Notes: generated from the letters alone by a model not told the origin. 63,113 nt of DNA, filler included, from Asterionella formosa (GCA_002256025.1; 21 parts of 21 records of this genome joined end to end with filler, not necessarily neighbours in it); one strand, 5' to 3'; shown: positions 36,170-50,093, numbered from the whole stretch's first letter. Numbers and translations are program-made.

Positions 36170-37303
36170 TTTACTAGGCCAAATAAACGAGTTAGCCCGG
36201 TAAAATCCACTATTTTCAGCATAGTTAAAAAACCGAAGTTCCTTTCTGCAGTTTCTCGCCAGATCCTATATCCTGACGATATATAGCGTTGACCTATACC
36301 CCTACTTTGATAAATGACTGTATTTAAGCATGTGGAAAGGGTGTGTATTGGTGAAAGCTCCGTTTAGCGATATACATTTACGTTTTACTCGTAAGAAGTC
36401 TATGTTTGACTACTCTGACTTAATATTATTTTTTTAACCCTACCTCGAGCTAGCTAGGGGTTCAAATGCAGGAACCTTAAAGGATACACGGCTAACTATT
36501 TCATTCTTCATGAAACCTTGTAGATGTAGTAGAGCAATCTTCATCCAAAAAGTCGACCCGATCGGCTTTTTCAACAGTCGCCAAAATATTGGAATCGGAA
36601 TTTGTGCATGCAACAAAGATTCTCGTAGACTTAGAATCTTGCGTAGGTATTTTTGCTGAACAATTCTCTGTCCGAAAAGACTTCAGGGTAAGTTCAAGCA
36701 TCACTGCACATAATCTGATCGGTTGAATTGAATTTACTCACCTGCTCCAGATTCGCTGAAGTATCCTGGCCTTGTAAAATCACGCCAGCCACACTTGATC
36801 CACATGTATTAGATATACTGCATACCGATATGTATAATCAGTTCTACCGGTAGTTTTATCCTGTCTTCCATCAGCATGAACCATGATTATGTACCTCGGC
36901 ACTGAGTTATATACCGGTACTATATGCCTTTGGGCGCATAGTAGTATTGAAACTACATTCAGCAACGTAGATTAAATACACATGTATAAATGAAATCATT
37001 TCTTTTGTTTGAACAAGAACCATACGCATACATATTGGCATACTCCTGATTTATTTGTGTGCTTTGGCATGGAGCAAAATTATGTCTACATAAAGCAATG
37101 CGGATATAATTAAGATGATTAAATATCATTTTTGTTTGTTTAAAATGAAACTCTATCAATCTGGCGCCGATTCTTATTTAATTCAAATATTCCAATGGGC
37201 ACTCGAATCATGGGAATTCATGGAAGCAAACTCCTTGTTCCTTCTCGTTTTTACAACCCTAGCGACATTTTCTCCAAACTAGGGTTAAGCTGGGGCCACA
37301 ACC
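36170..37303. mobile_element. Adjacent fragments of two TTAA-targeting (Kolobok-like) non-autonomous families
   Basis: 36170-36476 is inverted relative to 46047-46091 plus 47232 to about 47500, and ends AACC|TTAA. About 36520-37303 matches about 46478-47231. Confidence 0.8.
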
Positions 37304-39180
37304 TAAAGTTCCAGTAATTCTGCTATTAGTCCTGGTAGGGCTATTCATGCCTTGTTAGGAAGACTGATAGCGTTGATCATGTCCTCACTCAATATCCATC
37401 ACATTATGAAAGTTTGAAACTTACAATGGTAGGCACCCACCAGTAAAAATTAGTATATCTAGACAAAATTTGATATTTTCAGGTAAAATTTTATTACAAA
37501 TTTTGAGGGGCTGTTATTTTAAGTAAGAGTAGTTGAAGACTATTTTAGTTTAAGCGATTTGAATCTGCTTTAACCAAAATGACTCAAAACAAATCTACTA
37601 TTAGCAATTTCTTATTTTAACGAATCCATTAGCTTACTCTGGTAATAAAATACGTCTGTACCTACCAGCAACTGCTCTGAGTACATAACTACTGGTTGAC
37701 CTATCTCTTTAAATCTTATTATAAAATCAAAGTAATACTAGAATACTACCAGTAATATTCTAGTACTATGTCAACTTCCAATATGCTTCCATGCATGGCC
37801 ACCTCCTGTATCTTTCAATGCCACTTGTGTCACTCAAATAAGGAAGAGAAAAGCGTTTTAGGAAGCTGGTGGCACCATGTGTTTGTCATCAGATCCATCA
37901 TACTGGCACTTGAGTCCCATGCAGCAAGTGTCTTTCAATGATTGAACGCAAAAAGGTTTTGAGGTTGAATGGAAATGCTCAGGTTGTCAGAGGCTTGCTA
38001 TATGCATGAGTCGATGATGTGGTGTTAATGTTGTTGATACATACTAATGCCTGGTACATGCAAGCCAGTATATAAATATATTTTATTCTTCATCATGTCT
38101 TGTGCAATATGTTTACTTCTTCAGCTTCAGTCTCCTTGTTTGTACCATAAATAATATATTAGGTGGGTGTGATGATGGCAGTTGGTTCAAAATGGTGATG
38201 CTGTACAAAAAGGAAAATTGCTGCTATAAGCAAAGGTAGTTAAAGCAAGGCTAGTTTAACCAAGGCTAAATGGGCATTTGGGAGAACATTTTGAATAACA
38301 ATGATTCCACTTGAATAATTTGAAAATTTTGAGATTGGCATATAGGAATATACAGACAGAAGATTCTACAATTAAGAATTAAATTCTGATCAGGACATTT
38401 TGTTGCATAGTGATTCTGATTCCAATATTTTGGGGACCATTGGAAAGGCCAATTTTGTCGACTTTTTGGATGATGATTGCTTCTATCTGTGGGGTTTGAA
38501 GGCAAATAAATACCAAAACAGCATCATTATATGACTTCTGGCAAGAAAATGCAGAAAGAAACATTAGGTTTTACTATGCCTAAAATATTTGCCCTACATT
38601 TTCTAGCCTTTCAAGCATGATAAGGGCATCTACAGCATGGGACAAGGATTAGCAATGTATTTATCTTCAGTCACATACCATATACCAAATAATCCACATC
38701 CTAATAGTTGCTAAATACTATTCCAAGTCCAAGTACCAAGTTGAATGCCGTTGATGCTCCAATTTTTTGTTCATTAACCCCCCTCCCCTCCACGCCAAAT
38801 AGTTTGTACTTTTCCGGCTCTAAACAATGATGCAAATTAAATTATAAGATTTGGGTAAGAACGGATGTTACATAGATTTTTTATTACTTTCGTTTTGACC
38901 ATATATGAGGAGTTTCTGATAGTAACCCAAATATCAAATCAGATCGCTCCTTGCAATGTTCCAAGATCAGAGGCAATAATGATGCACCCTCCTCAAATTG
39001 AGCCATCGATCTTCCCCACTGGTTCAACTCGCACCAATAATCTATTCGTCGCTGCAGCGGCTGCGATTTGGAATGGGANNNNNNNNNNNNNNNNNNNNNN
39101 NNNNNNNNNNNNNNNNNNNNNNTTAATTAATTAANNNNNNNNNNNNNNNNNNNNNNNNNNNNNNNNNNNNNNNNNNNNTA

Positions 39181-39828
39181 CCGTATACTTCATTGTCCTG
39201 GACCCCCCAATGTACACTGCCGTGACTGAATTTGACTGATTTTACTTAAGGGGGGCCCAGGACAATGAAGAGATTTCCCTTATAATGGACCTAAGTAAAT
39301 TTCTTTAGTTCTACAGGATAGCGCACATTTTTCTAAGATGTATTAATATGACAATTATTTCCGTCTTGTGAAAAATGAGAGAGTTCTTCACCTCGCAAGA
39401 AAAACGCGACTTCATGTTGTTATCGGCGATCTCAATTTTCGTTGTCATTATTAGTGTTATTACTTTACTTCTTTTACGATTGTATTTTCCATGTCATTCT
39501 TAATACAGGTAGCAAGTAGCATAGCGTCGTTCTCTATTTTCGTGGAGATAATTGGTATTTTCGTCATGGTCAAGGTTGCGACAACATCATGAAGGATTCT
39601 CCAGCTGCTCACAGCCACTACCTGTCGTCTCTTGTGTTTTGTATGTACAAAAGAATCGCAAAATGGTAGCTAAATTATTACATACTAGTGCCTACGAGGA
39701 CAAAAAGAATTATGGCACGTTACTTTGTCTATGACAAGAAAATTATTGGGTGTTTGGTTCCACCTCGAGAAAAATGTACAGGGGGGTCCAGCAACCATAG
39801 GGGGGGTCCAGGACAATGAAGTATACGG
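39181..39828. mobile_element. Complete 648-bp MITE (Tc1/mariner-pogo type) with 28-bp TIRs and TA TSD
   Basis: TA|CCGTATACTTCATTGTCCTGGACCCCCC ... GGGGGGTCCAGGACAATGAAGTATACGG|TA, with internal subterminal copies of the GGGGGGTCCAG motif. Confidence 0.95.
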
Positions 39829-42186
39829 TATATACCTGTAGGCTGAATTCAGTCAAATACACAGTCTGGGATTTCAATTCCTTGTCCCTACCGGTAGCTC
39901 AATTCATTTGATATTTCAATTCTGAAAAGTTCATCTACCGGTATATCTAAAGAAAATGATTTCTTCTGGAAGGTCTGGTAATCAGCGAATTGGGCGCACT
40001 ATATACTAAAAATTCCAAGTAGCAGTTTCAACCTACTGGTACTTCATTGGAAGTCTGTCCGGCTCACCAATTCCGAAATGTTGAAAATCTCAAATTATTT
40101 CAAATTATTTCAATTTATTTAGATTACCTCACACCGTTACAAACTTTCAAACAGAAAAGCGCTGCCACTTTTCACCGCATAATCGCTGTCTACCAACTTC
40201 AACTTGCTTGCTGACCGTGGTGGACTTCTTGTTGCTAACTGCTCACTTGATTTTCTGAAAATTTGAAATGTTCGCTGACTGCTGACTTCGTTTGCTGAGG
40301 TAAAACAAGCCACTTTGTACATAGGAAGAGACCGACTACCATTACCGGTGTACGAATCGTGTCTACTTTTCAAATTAGATTAATCATGATGGAAACGCAT
40401 CATCTTTTTGTTGTTGGGATACTAGAAGCAATGCCTTCTAGGTTCATACTATACTATCGGAAGTAACATAGACGTACCTGGTACCTGGTACTCCGTACAT
40501 GATAATAAACTGTGAAATCGACATTGATGCCTAAAAAATTCATTGCTATCTACTACTTCGTGATATTGCTACCACCATGTACCGGTACTATCGCAAAAAT
40601 ATTGACTTCAACTTGCTAACTACTGACTGCTGACTTGATTTGCTGAAAATTTGAAAAAATCGCTGACTGCTGACTTCTTTTGCTGACTGCTGACATGAAA
40701 TCGCTGACTGCTGACTTCAAGTTCATTTTGACAATAAAACGAGAAACGGCCGGCTTAACATCTATGTAAACGACTATTTAAAGAATATCGGAGTGGCGCA
40801 AAATTTAGGGGTTCGACAATTTTTGGGGTATACCCCTTCCTTTTTCTTTTACGTGAATCGATGAACAGAAAACGAGCAACCTGCATGCTATGTGCGTCGA
40901 TTACCGGACCTTCCTGGAGTTGGACTTTCCTGGAGGTTTTTTTCTTGGTCCAAAAATAAATTCAGTTACATGAGAAGCATGTCTGACAAAATTACCTCAA
41001 AATCATCCATGTGGCTGGTATCTGTGTGGGATTGCGTGAAAATGCAAAATTGACAATTGGTCAAGATGCCATCATTTCATGCCTTTCCAAGTAAATTGAT
41101 CCATCCCTGTGGGTCAGAAATCATCAAGAAATCATTGTAGTATGATTATCAAAAGGTTCACTGACTCCTTAAACGAATGACAGCTGCTGTCATGAGGCTT
41201 ACAACCCAGAGATTGAGAGCTGACGACCATTGTGGTCAGTGCTCCCAGGAATGTTGATGATGCAGATACCATTGAGCCATATGCTCTTGAAAAGCAATTC
41301 AATGTCCATTCTGAAGGTGATTCAGATTTTTTTACTATAGTGAAGGTAATTATATCCTTGAAGAGGAGGCAGGAGAAGGTGAGGTGACGCCCAGAGGAGC
41401 CCCTTGAACTTGTCCAGTGTGGTACTGCTGATGATGCTGCCATTGCAGCTGGATTTGTTGATATTGATGTTGAAAATGCGCAAACACCTGAAAAGTTGAT
41501 TGTCATGAGTGGGAGTATTCAGGAATTCTTTGCTAGGCCTACTGGAGACAGTTGAATACATCAAGTAGCAATCCAATACTTTCACCATTTCCAATTTGTT
41601 TCAATTTGACTGTCATCCAGTTCTTCTTTTGAGTTCTTGCTTGCTTTAAAGATAATAATCTGCTCATCATTGATCAAAGAATGATAGAGGGCAAGACAGC
41701 AGCCTGTGATGAGTCACTAAGCAGGGAACAAAATGGAATGATTTCTGGTCAGTTGCTCCTGACAAAGTTTTCGCCAATGCCTCATTTCCTTCTTAGTTTA
41801 GATTTTTTTCTTTTTCATTTAATAGTTGAGAGTAAAGAATGTTGACATGCACACTAAATTGATGCAATATATGCTACATACTACTACATATGTTTCCCAC
41901 CGCTAATTTCCCCATAAAAGTTATGTAAAATCTATATGTTCTTGTCGTTTGTGATCATTGACTTTGTAGTTGCTTGCTTCTTTGTTGCTTTGTTGTATTG
42001 TTGTTCACTAGTCTATGTCAGGTCATAGACATATATTGCCTTGCAGTAAGTTGTATCGAAATTAAGGGTACCACAGCAGTGTGTTTNNNNNNNNNNNNNN
42101 NNNNNNNNNNNNNNNNNNNNNNNNNNNNNNTTAATTAATTAANNNNNNNNNNNNNNNNNNNNNNNNNNNNNNNNNNNNNNNNNNNN

Positions 42187-45093
42187 ATCTTGTCAGCATG
42201 ATCCTCCATGAAAAGACCAAGGGCATAGCAGCTGAGATTGTTGCTACTGACAAAAAGGCGAAGAAAAGTCTTCGTCATGCCTTGGCCAAGATTGGAGAAC
42301 GCATGGCGCTACTTGGCACATTAACTCAGACGGGTGATGATGGTCAAAATAGCACTCCAAATCGGCAAATCAAGAAACTAAAGTCAAAAATCAAAGCATT
42401 GAAAAGAAAGGATTCCGAGAAAGGAAGAGGGATAGGCGATAAGAAACAACAGAGCGAGAACAATTATATTCCAGATAATGTAATTGAGGCAGTGAAGAAA
42501 GCTGGAGGGAAATTCGGGAGCAAATATGTGAGCTATCTGCTCAGGGGTCGAAATAAAGAGGAAGGTCGTGTTGTTAAATCGGTATTGAGTGAAGGACATG
42601 ACAATGAGCGAGCCGATTCTGAAGATGATGCGACTGAAGGTCCCAGCCACATGCCAAGTGACGCTGCTTCCGCATCATTCGGCCGCGACTCTCGGAATAG
42701 GCATTCTGAGAACCCAACCAAAAAGCAAAAGGTCAGCTCAACAAGCAGCACCCGTAGGGAGCTCGCTGGTGTGGTGACTCACTGTAAAGTGGGCTACAAG
42801 GTTGGAAAGGCACTAGTCATACAGCATCCTAATGACTTTAAGGTCACAGCTCGTCTGGAAGTGGATTCCAGAGCCGACACATGTTGTTTTGGGAAAACAT
42901 TCCGCCTACTAGAGCAAAGCGATCGAGTGGCAGATGTTCAGGGCTTCTCTGGGGAGCTAGGATCCTTTTCAGATGTTCCAATTGGCACATGTGCAACAGC
43001 AATTGACCTAACAGGGCTACAGGAAACCATCATTGGTGTCTGGAACGAAGGCCTTTACTTTGGCAAGCGTTTAGACGATTCACTCCTCAACCCTAATCAG
43101 TGTCGAGCATATGGTATTGTAGTCGACACCTGCCCCAAGCAATATTCCCAAGGAAAATCTTTGCATGGAATTTATGTTCCAGAACAAGACCTTTTCTTCC
43201 CATTTAAGATGCATGGATGCATCAGCTATCTCACTACTCGCCTCCCTACCGATGATGAATTAGTCAACTGTCGGCACGTCACATTTACTTCCGATGCAGC
43301 ATGGGACCCTTATTCGCAGTCCTTTGCCAACCTCGAGAAGGTTTATGAAAATGTTGCTCGTGGAGATACAACTGGGGAGTTCTTTAGCACACATGGCGAC
43401 ATTGTGCACTGTGTTGGACCCACTTCCAGCACAGATCGCCGCTCAACTGTGGATGCAGCCACACTGGCCAGACGATGGGGGACAAGTTTGGCAACTGCAG
43501 CGAGTACCCTGCAGGCATCTACAACAAGAGCAGTTCGGTTTTACCCACAAATGGAAGAGCTCTCCCGCCGGTTTCGTACGCGTCAAGGACAGCTACGATA
43601 CCCTCACCTTCGTACTAGGTGGTACACTGATACCATGTTTCCCAAGGACAAGGTGAAGTCGGTGAGGGGACACACATGTGCACAACTTTTCTGTAATGAT
43701 CAGTGTTGGGCCAAGGTGTATCCAATGCGCTCTGAGGCAGATTGTGGGGATAGATTCAATGCGGCCATCCGGCAATATGGGATTCCAGAACTAGGTATCC
43801 ACTCAGACAATGCAGCTGCGGAAACGGGGGACTTCACAGAGTTCGAGAGAGTCCGGAAGATCCACTTAGTTCCTCGCACAACAACAGAGCCTCACAGCCC
43901 CTGGATGAACAGAGCTGAGAGCGAGATTGGACAATTCAAGACGCATTGGCGTCGTATCATGAATAGGTACAGATGTCCAGACATGCTGTGGTGTTTTGCA
44001 GCGGAATATACCTCCAACATCCGTGAGCTCATGTCTAGACCTGCACTTGAGGGTCGATCTCCATATGAAGTGATGACAGGTGAGACTCCTGACATTTCGG
44101 AGTGTACAGATTTCGATTTCTATCAGTTTGTGATTTACTATGATCCCAATGATATGGACGAGAGTGGCCTGGCCCGACGGAAACTCGGGAGATGGCTCGG
44201 CCCCTCCAAGAGCGTTGGGCAAGCTTTATGTTACTATGTACTTAAGGCGAATGGGCGGTACATCGCTCGGTCGACTGTGAGGCCGATTGTTGATGACGAT
44301 TATTTATGATGACGATTATTTAAAGTATCCAATGCTGAGAGATGAAATGAAAGAATTTGAGACTAGGATAAAGGAGCATGTTGGGGTCCATGATAATGAC
44401 GCTATCCTCCAGTCTGAGGTAGATGAGCCTGAAGAAGAGATCTTCGAGGCTACCCCTGATGGCATTCTCCCTACAGATGAAGATCTGGAAGAAGATCCTA
44501 ATGGTCCAAGTTTCGATCCACTGATTAAGGCTCAGGTCGTACTTCCACACAAGGAGGGCGATATGATTGCTGTGGTCATTAAACAAAAGCGGGATGCAAA
44601 CGGGAACCTGGTTGGGCGAAAGCACAGGTTTCCAAGGTTAGATTCCAGGGTTTATGAGGTCGAATTCTTAGATGGTGAGCGACAGCAAATCGCATACAAT
44701 ATATTGGCAGAGCATCTCCTCAGTCAGGTAGACGAGGAGGGTAGACAGTACAAACTCTTCAAAGAAATTGTGGACCATCGCCGTGATTCAAGGAAGGCTG
44801 TGGAGAAGAGTGATCAATACTTCCAGAGAAACGGTAAACATTATAAGAAGAAGACAACAACTGGTTGGGATCTAGAAGTCGAATGGAGGGACGGATCTAC
44901 ATCCTGGCTCCCATTAAAGACTTTGAAGCAAACAAATCCAATTGAAGTTGCTGAATATGCCAAAGCGAACCAAATCGAAACCGAGCCTGCTTTTGATTGG
45001 TGGGTTCCAATGGTTTTAAGACGCAAGAAACGAATCATCAGGGCAACACAGAGTAGACACCACCGAGCTGGTTTTAAATTTGGGGTTCAAATG
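42187..45093 (+). pseudogene. Ty1/copia (CoDi-like) gag-pol fragment: protease and integrase, frameshifted
   Basis: Protease EVDSRADTCC. Integrase YTDTMF..SVRGHTCAQLF, HSDNA, TEPHSPWMNRAESEI, GRWLGPS. Downstream VEWRDGSTSWLPL..NPIEVAEYA..EPAFDWW. Frameshift from a 16-bp duplication at 44291-44322. Confidence 0.9.
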
Positions 45094-46091
45094 NNNNNNN
45101 NNNNNNNNNNNNNNNNNNNNNNNNNNNNNNNNNNNNNTTAATTAATTAANNNNNNNNNNNNNNNNNNNNNNNNNNNNNNNNNNNNNNNNNNNNAAATTTC
45201 CATGCAATTATCAACGAGCCTTTCAGTGGCTCGTCCCAACTCTGTTGACTCGCCCCAAACACGGAGTTTGTTTATCCTCGATTCCCCGACATTCAACGCA
45301 AGACATTTGCCGACGATACAAAGAAACAGGGTGATTGATGACCACATCCTGTTGTCCCTGTCGTTGAGTATCTGATCCTGGAACGAAATGGAAAAGCAGC
45401 AACAAGCAGGAGGCGATCAGCAATGATGGGCCGGACAAGAAACTGCGGTCGATCATCAAGACAGGTTATTATTTTTCGAATTGCGCTGGTAGGGAGAGAT
45501 AATGTGAACATGCAGACCGCCCGGTATGCTGAAACCGAATGATATGACACATCGGTATCGGAATCCTTGTCCTTCGTCCCTTTTCCCTAGGTTGATGAGT
45601 GCGGTTTTGTATGAAGGTATTTATTACTGAAGGCAATACACGCCCGAGGTGGTCTCTTGCCTGCGAGATACATGTGTACTCGGCTGGGATGGCACTCGTA
45701 GCTAGGGTGACCTTCTCGCAGCGCCGGCCATACGAAAAGGCAAGTAGCCGGCGAGAAGGGTATTGTTGAGGCAATTCCCGCTCTAGCTATCGTCGCGTCA
45801 TTCGCTTACCTAGTGCCCACAAATTTAGGATAAATGTCAATTTTGGCCTACAATTGCCCATCATATAAAATAAATTTTCTATATTTCCTATCTTCACCTC
45901 GAAAATCGCCAAAGGTCCGATATTGCCCATCATTAAAATACATTTTGAATATTTCATATGTTCGCATTTTGGCAAGAAAACAGACGCCAGTTGCCCCTCA
46001 GTTTTCCAGCCCTGGGATTGCCGAAATCGGCAAGGGGTCTACTTAAGGTTCATTTGAACCCCTAGCTCGAGGTAGGGTTTAAAAAAATTAA

Positions 46092-47231
46092 GGTTGCGGC
46101 CCCGCAGTTAAACATTGCGAGGTCCTGTTTTCCCAAAATAATTATATGATGTACCTTAATCCACACATTACGTACAATTACATAAAGTAGTTAAAGGTAA
46201 AATTAGCTTTCACCAATACGACCACTTTGCACATGCTTAGATACAGTCATGGGTCAACTTAGGGGTATGTTCTATCTTCGGATATGGTAAGGACCTCATT
46301 TCTGGAAAGAAACTGCAGTTATGTATTGAAGAATCGTAACTATCGCAAAAAAAATTAAAAAAAGGGAACGAAGCTTTTCTAAAAATCTAAGATACATAAC
46401 TGCAGTTTCTCTCCAGAAGTTAACTGCTGACGTTATAGGGTACACAGGTATCTACTTTTATCTAGATGAAACCCCGCAGATGTAGAGCAATCCTCCTCCT
46501 AAAAGTCGACCCGATCGGCTTTTTCAACAGTCGCCAAAATATTGGAATCGGAATTTGTAAGCGCAAAACGTTCTAGTACATTAAGAGTCTTGCGTAGGTA
46601 TGTTTTGCTGCTTAACTCTCTCAGTCCGAAAAGACTCCAGGGTACTTTGCCGCATCACTACACATATTCTTATTGGTTGAATTGAATTTACTCACCTGCT
46701 CCAGATTGGCTAAAGTATTCCGGTCTTGTAAAATCACGCCAGCCACACTTGAACCACACGTATTACATGTACCATACCAGCAGGTAAAATCAGCACCGGT
46801 GCACTGGTACTAGTTTCATCCTGTCTTCCATCGTCATGAACCGAGAATATGTACTACCGGTACTCTGGTACTTCGGTCCCTGGTTACGCGCTGATCTTCA
46901 TTAAACCAACATACAACAGCGTAGATTCAATAAAACGCATAAACACGAACCATGAGCATACATGTTGGCATACTCCTGATTTATATATGTGTTTTGGCAT
47001 TGAGAAAAATCATGTCTACATACAGCAATGTAGATATAGTATGAACGTTTAAAAATCATTTCTGTTTGTTTGAAATGGAACTCTGTCAATCTGGCGCTGA
47101 TTCCCATTTAATTCAAATATTCAAATGGACTCGAATCATGGGAATTCATAGTAGTAAACTCCCTGTTCCACGCAGTTTTTACAATCCTTGTGATATTTTC
47201 TTCAAACTAGGGTTAAGCCGGGGCCGTAACC
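46092..47231. mobile_element. Complete non-autonomous Kolobok-like element with TTAA TSD
   Basis: TTAA|GGTTGCGGCCCCG ... CGGGGCCGTAACC|TTAA. An empty site with a single TTAA is seen in the host-element copy at about 36420. Confidence 0.85.
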
Positions 47232-47974
47232 TTAAGTCAGAGTAGTCAAACAAAGACTTCTTACGAGTAAAACGTAAATGTAACATCACTAAACGCAGCT
47301 TTCACCAATACACACTCTTTCCATATGCTTAAATACAGTCATTTATCAAAAAAGGGGTATAGTTCAACGCTATATATCGTCAGGATATAGGATCTGGCGA
47401 GAAACTGCAGAAAGGAAATTCGGTTATTTTACTAGGCCAAAAAACTATGCTGAAACTCGTTTATTTGGCCTAGTAAAAAACCCGAAGTTCCTTTCTGCAG
47501 TTTCTCAAGGAAAGTTAACTTCTGGGGCTATATGAAGATTACTTATGTACTTAACTCTTCTTCAAACCCTGCAAACGTTGAGCTATCGTTGTCCGAAAAT
47601 TCGACAATATCGGCCTTTTCAACGGTCACCAAAATGTCGGAATCAGAATCTCTAATCGCCGAAACGTCATCATCGGAATGACAGTCTTGTGCTAAAATTT
47701 TTAGTCGTAAAATCTCGTGTACAAAAAGTTCCATTGTATTTGCCCACTGCATTATTCATATTCTGATTGGTTGTCCTTATATCCGTTCGATTGGCACGGT
47801 TTGCGAGGTCTTGCAATCCCACGCCGGCCACACTGGATGCACATGAAGCATTTTCTTGGGTGTTGACCGATCCTACCCGTATACCGGTACTATCCGTATG
47901 GAGTAGGAATACCAAGTACAGGGTAGACCTACCAGTACAAGGTAGCTGATCATCATTGGTCATAATACAAGGTA

Positions 47975-48099
47975 CATCTAAGCCGCGAAATACGCCACTT
48001 TTCGAAATTTCGTCTACGTATGAGTGTTAATTATGTGGTACTTCACATGCATTAATGCCACTCTTCACGTAAAAAAGATTACTTTTAACGGTTTCATGT
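47975..48099 (+). mobile_element. End of the CATCTAAGCCGCG TIR element
   Basis: TA|CATCTAAGCCGCGAAATACGCCAC; reverse complement of 33278-33402. Confidence 0.8.
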
Positions 48100-48199
48100 N
48101 NNNNNNNNNNNNNNNNNNNNNNNNNNNNNNNNNNNNNNNNNNNTTAATTAATTAANNNNNNNNNNNNNNNNNNNNNNNNNNNNNNNNNNNNNNNNNNNN

Positions 48200-48899
48200 T
48201 TGTTGTTGTTGTTCCCAACGCCGTTCCTACTCCATGAAAAGTGCGAAATTCTTCCACATAATCTTTTTCTCGATGATCCAATAATCCGACAATCACATCG
48301 TCTTCTTGATGATTACTATTTGTATTTGACAAAAATTCTCTTGGTGTTTTTCCTTGTGCCAAGGCTCGTAAAAATTCTGAATTTGCATCATCATCTAATC
48401 GACGAAATGGTCCATCATCCACAATAAATCCATTTCGATACATGGTGATGACACGACGTTGTTGGTTTTGTTCGTTGTTGTCATTATTACTCTTGGTAGC
48501 TCGACCAAACACAGCATCACGATCGTTTGGTTGCACCGCCAATCCACTTTGTGAGTGTGTGTGTGTGTGTGTGTGTTGCGTGATGGTAAAAAATCAAAAA
48601 GTAGTTAGTGGTAAGTCAGTGTCATGGTTGGTTAGTTCCAAGTCATGGTTGGTTCGAAAAGGGTAGTTTCTCAAGTCCCATTACCGTCCACTAGTAGTAG
48701 GATATAATAATAGTAGCAGCAGCAGTAGTAGACGCTATGTACTCAAAGTTGCTTCAAACTGAAAAAATGACAATTCCACGTACCTTCCACCACCTCGTGC
48801 ATCTATTCCACCGACATAACGATTGTTAGTTCCATCATCGTCGTCGTCATCAGAAGAGTCTTGTTCTTTCTTTGTGTACAGGCCATGAATGTTACTCAT
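48200..48899 (-). CDS. SEP-domain p97/Cdc48 cofactor (p47/Shp1-like UBX protein), 2 exons, 3' partial
   Basis: Exon 1 is 48899-48784 (MSNIHGL...YVGGIDARGGG). GT-AG intron 48783-48547. Exon 2 is 48546-48200 (SGLAVQP...ITMYRNGFIVDDGPFRRLDD..NSEFLRAL..GKTPREF). Confidence 0.9.
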
Positions 48900-50093
48900 C
48901 CTTCCTTTGATATATATATATATATGTTGATTGTAATGGAAGAGTTGGAACAGGAATCGATTTTTGTTGTGAATCCTTGTGTCATGCAAACGATAGAGAT
49001 GATGAAGGCTACAGCGGCTGTTCGTGACATCATTTTACTCAGTACTACCGGTATACTGGTACCTGTATTTTCATTCAGTGCGTTCAATTTATACCACAGG
49101 AAGAAGTGCATACAATTATTGTAACATATATAATGTACGTACATGGTGCCATCCATGTGTGTACATGATGTCCATGACAGAATTATAAGGGCACCCTGGC
49201 ACGAAAAGTGTAAAATCCCTCTGTTCCAGTATAAATGCAACACATTCAGCAACTACTATAACCCAACTCAATCCACATCCTTTAATAAAGCCCTCTGTAG
49301 AAGCAAAAAGCAATATGCATTTTCTATGCAAGACCGTGCAGGCAACAGGTACATCAGTTAGATTAGTATATTTAGGAAAGTATTATGCTAAATAGCAATA
49401 TTGATTTTACTTGTATTTTGCTAGCCAGCATAATTGTTTTGCTCTACATGCGAGTATCTCTACCTCCACATTTCCACATTTAGCCTTCATGAATGCCATT
49501 GCAGATTTTTCCTCGCTCTCCATTTATTCTAATTGAATACATAACAACTCCTGTCTCTGCAATTCATTTTCCCCATATGTGGAATCTTGGAATTGTTTCT
49601 GCTGTGGCATGATGAAATTTCTTCCAATTAATTCTAAAATGTGAGAAGCTCCGAATTCAACTTCCTTGTACAAAACATTTGATATGATACAGCAACAGCC
49701 TCAATCAACAACAAGTCTACATTGTCCCTGGTCTCCTCAATCAAATACCACTCCTGACAAGCCTGCAAAACACGGAAAAAGATAAATCATTCCTATGGGC
49801 TTTTCTAGAATGAGCTAGCATTGCAATCAGACTGCAGAAAAATTTAGCATAGGAGTACTATGTAGAATACACGCAATGTCAGACAAAGAATAAAGCTCAA
49901 AAAACATGTTCTCACTGAACCAAAGAAGGTTAATGCATGTTACCATAAATTATAAGAAGATTTAACATTATAAATAATAAAATCCAAGCAGTGTTGGAAG
50001 CACATTTTCAAGTAAAATGAAGCATTCATATGAATTGTGAGATCTGCATGGATAAGCAGCCTTTACATACTTGCCATTGTTAGATTTGGGATT

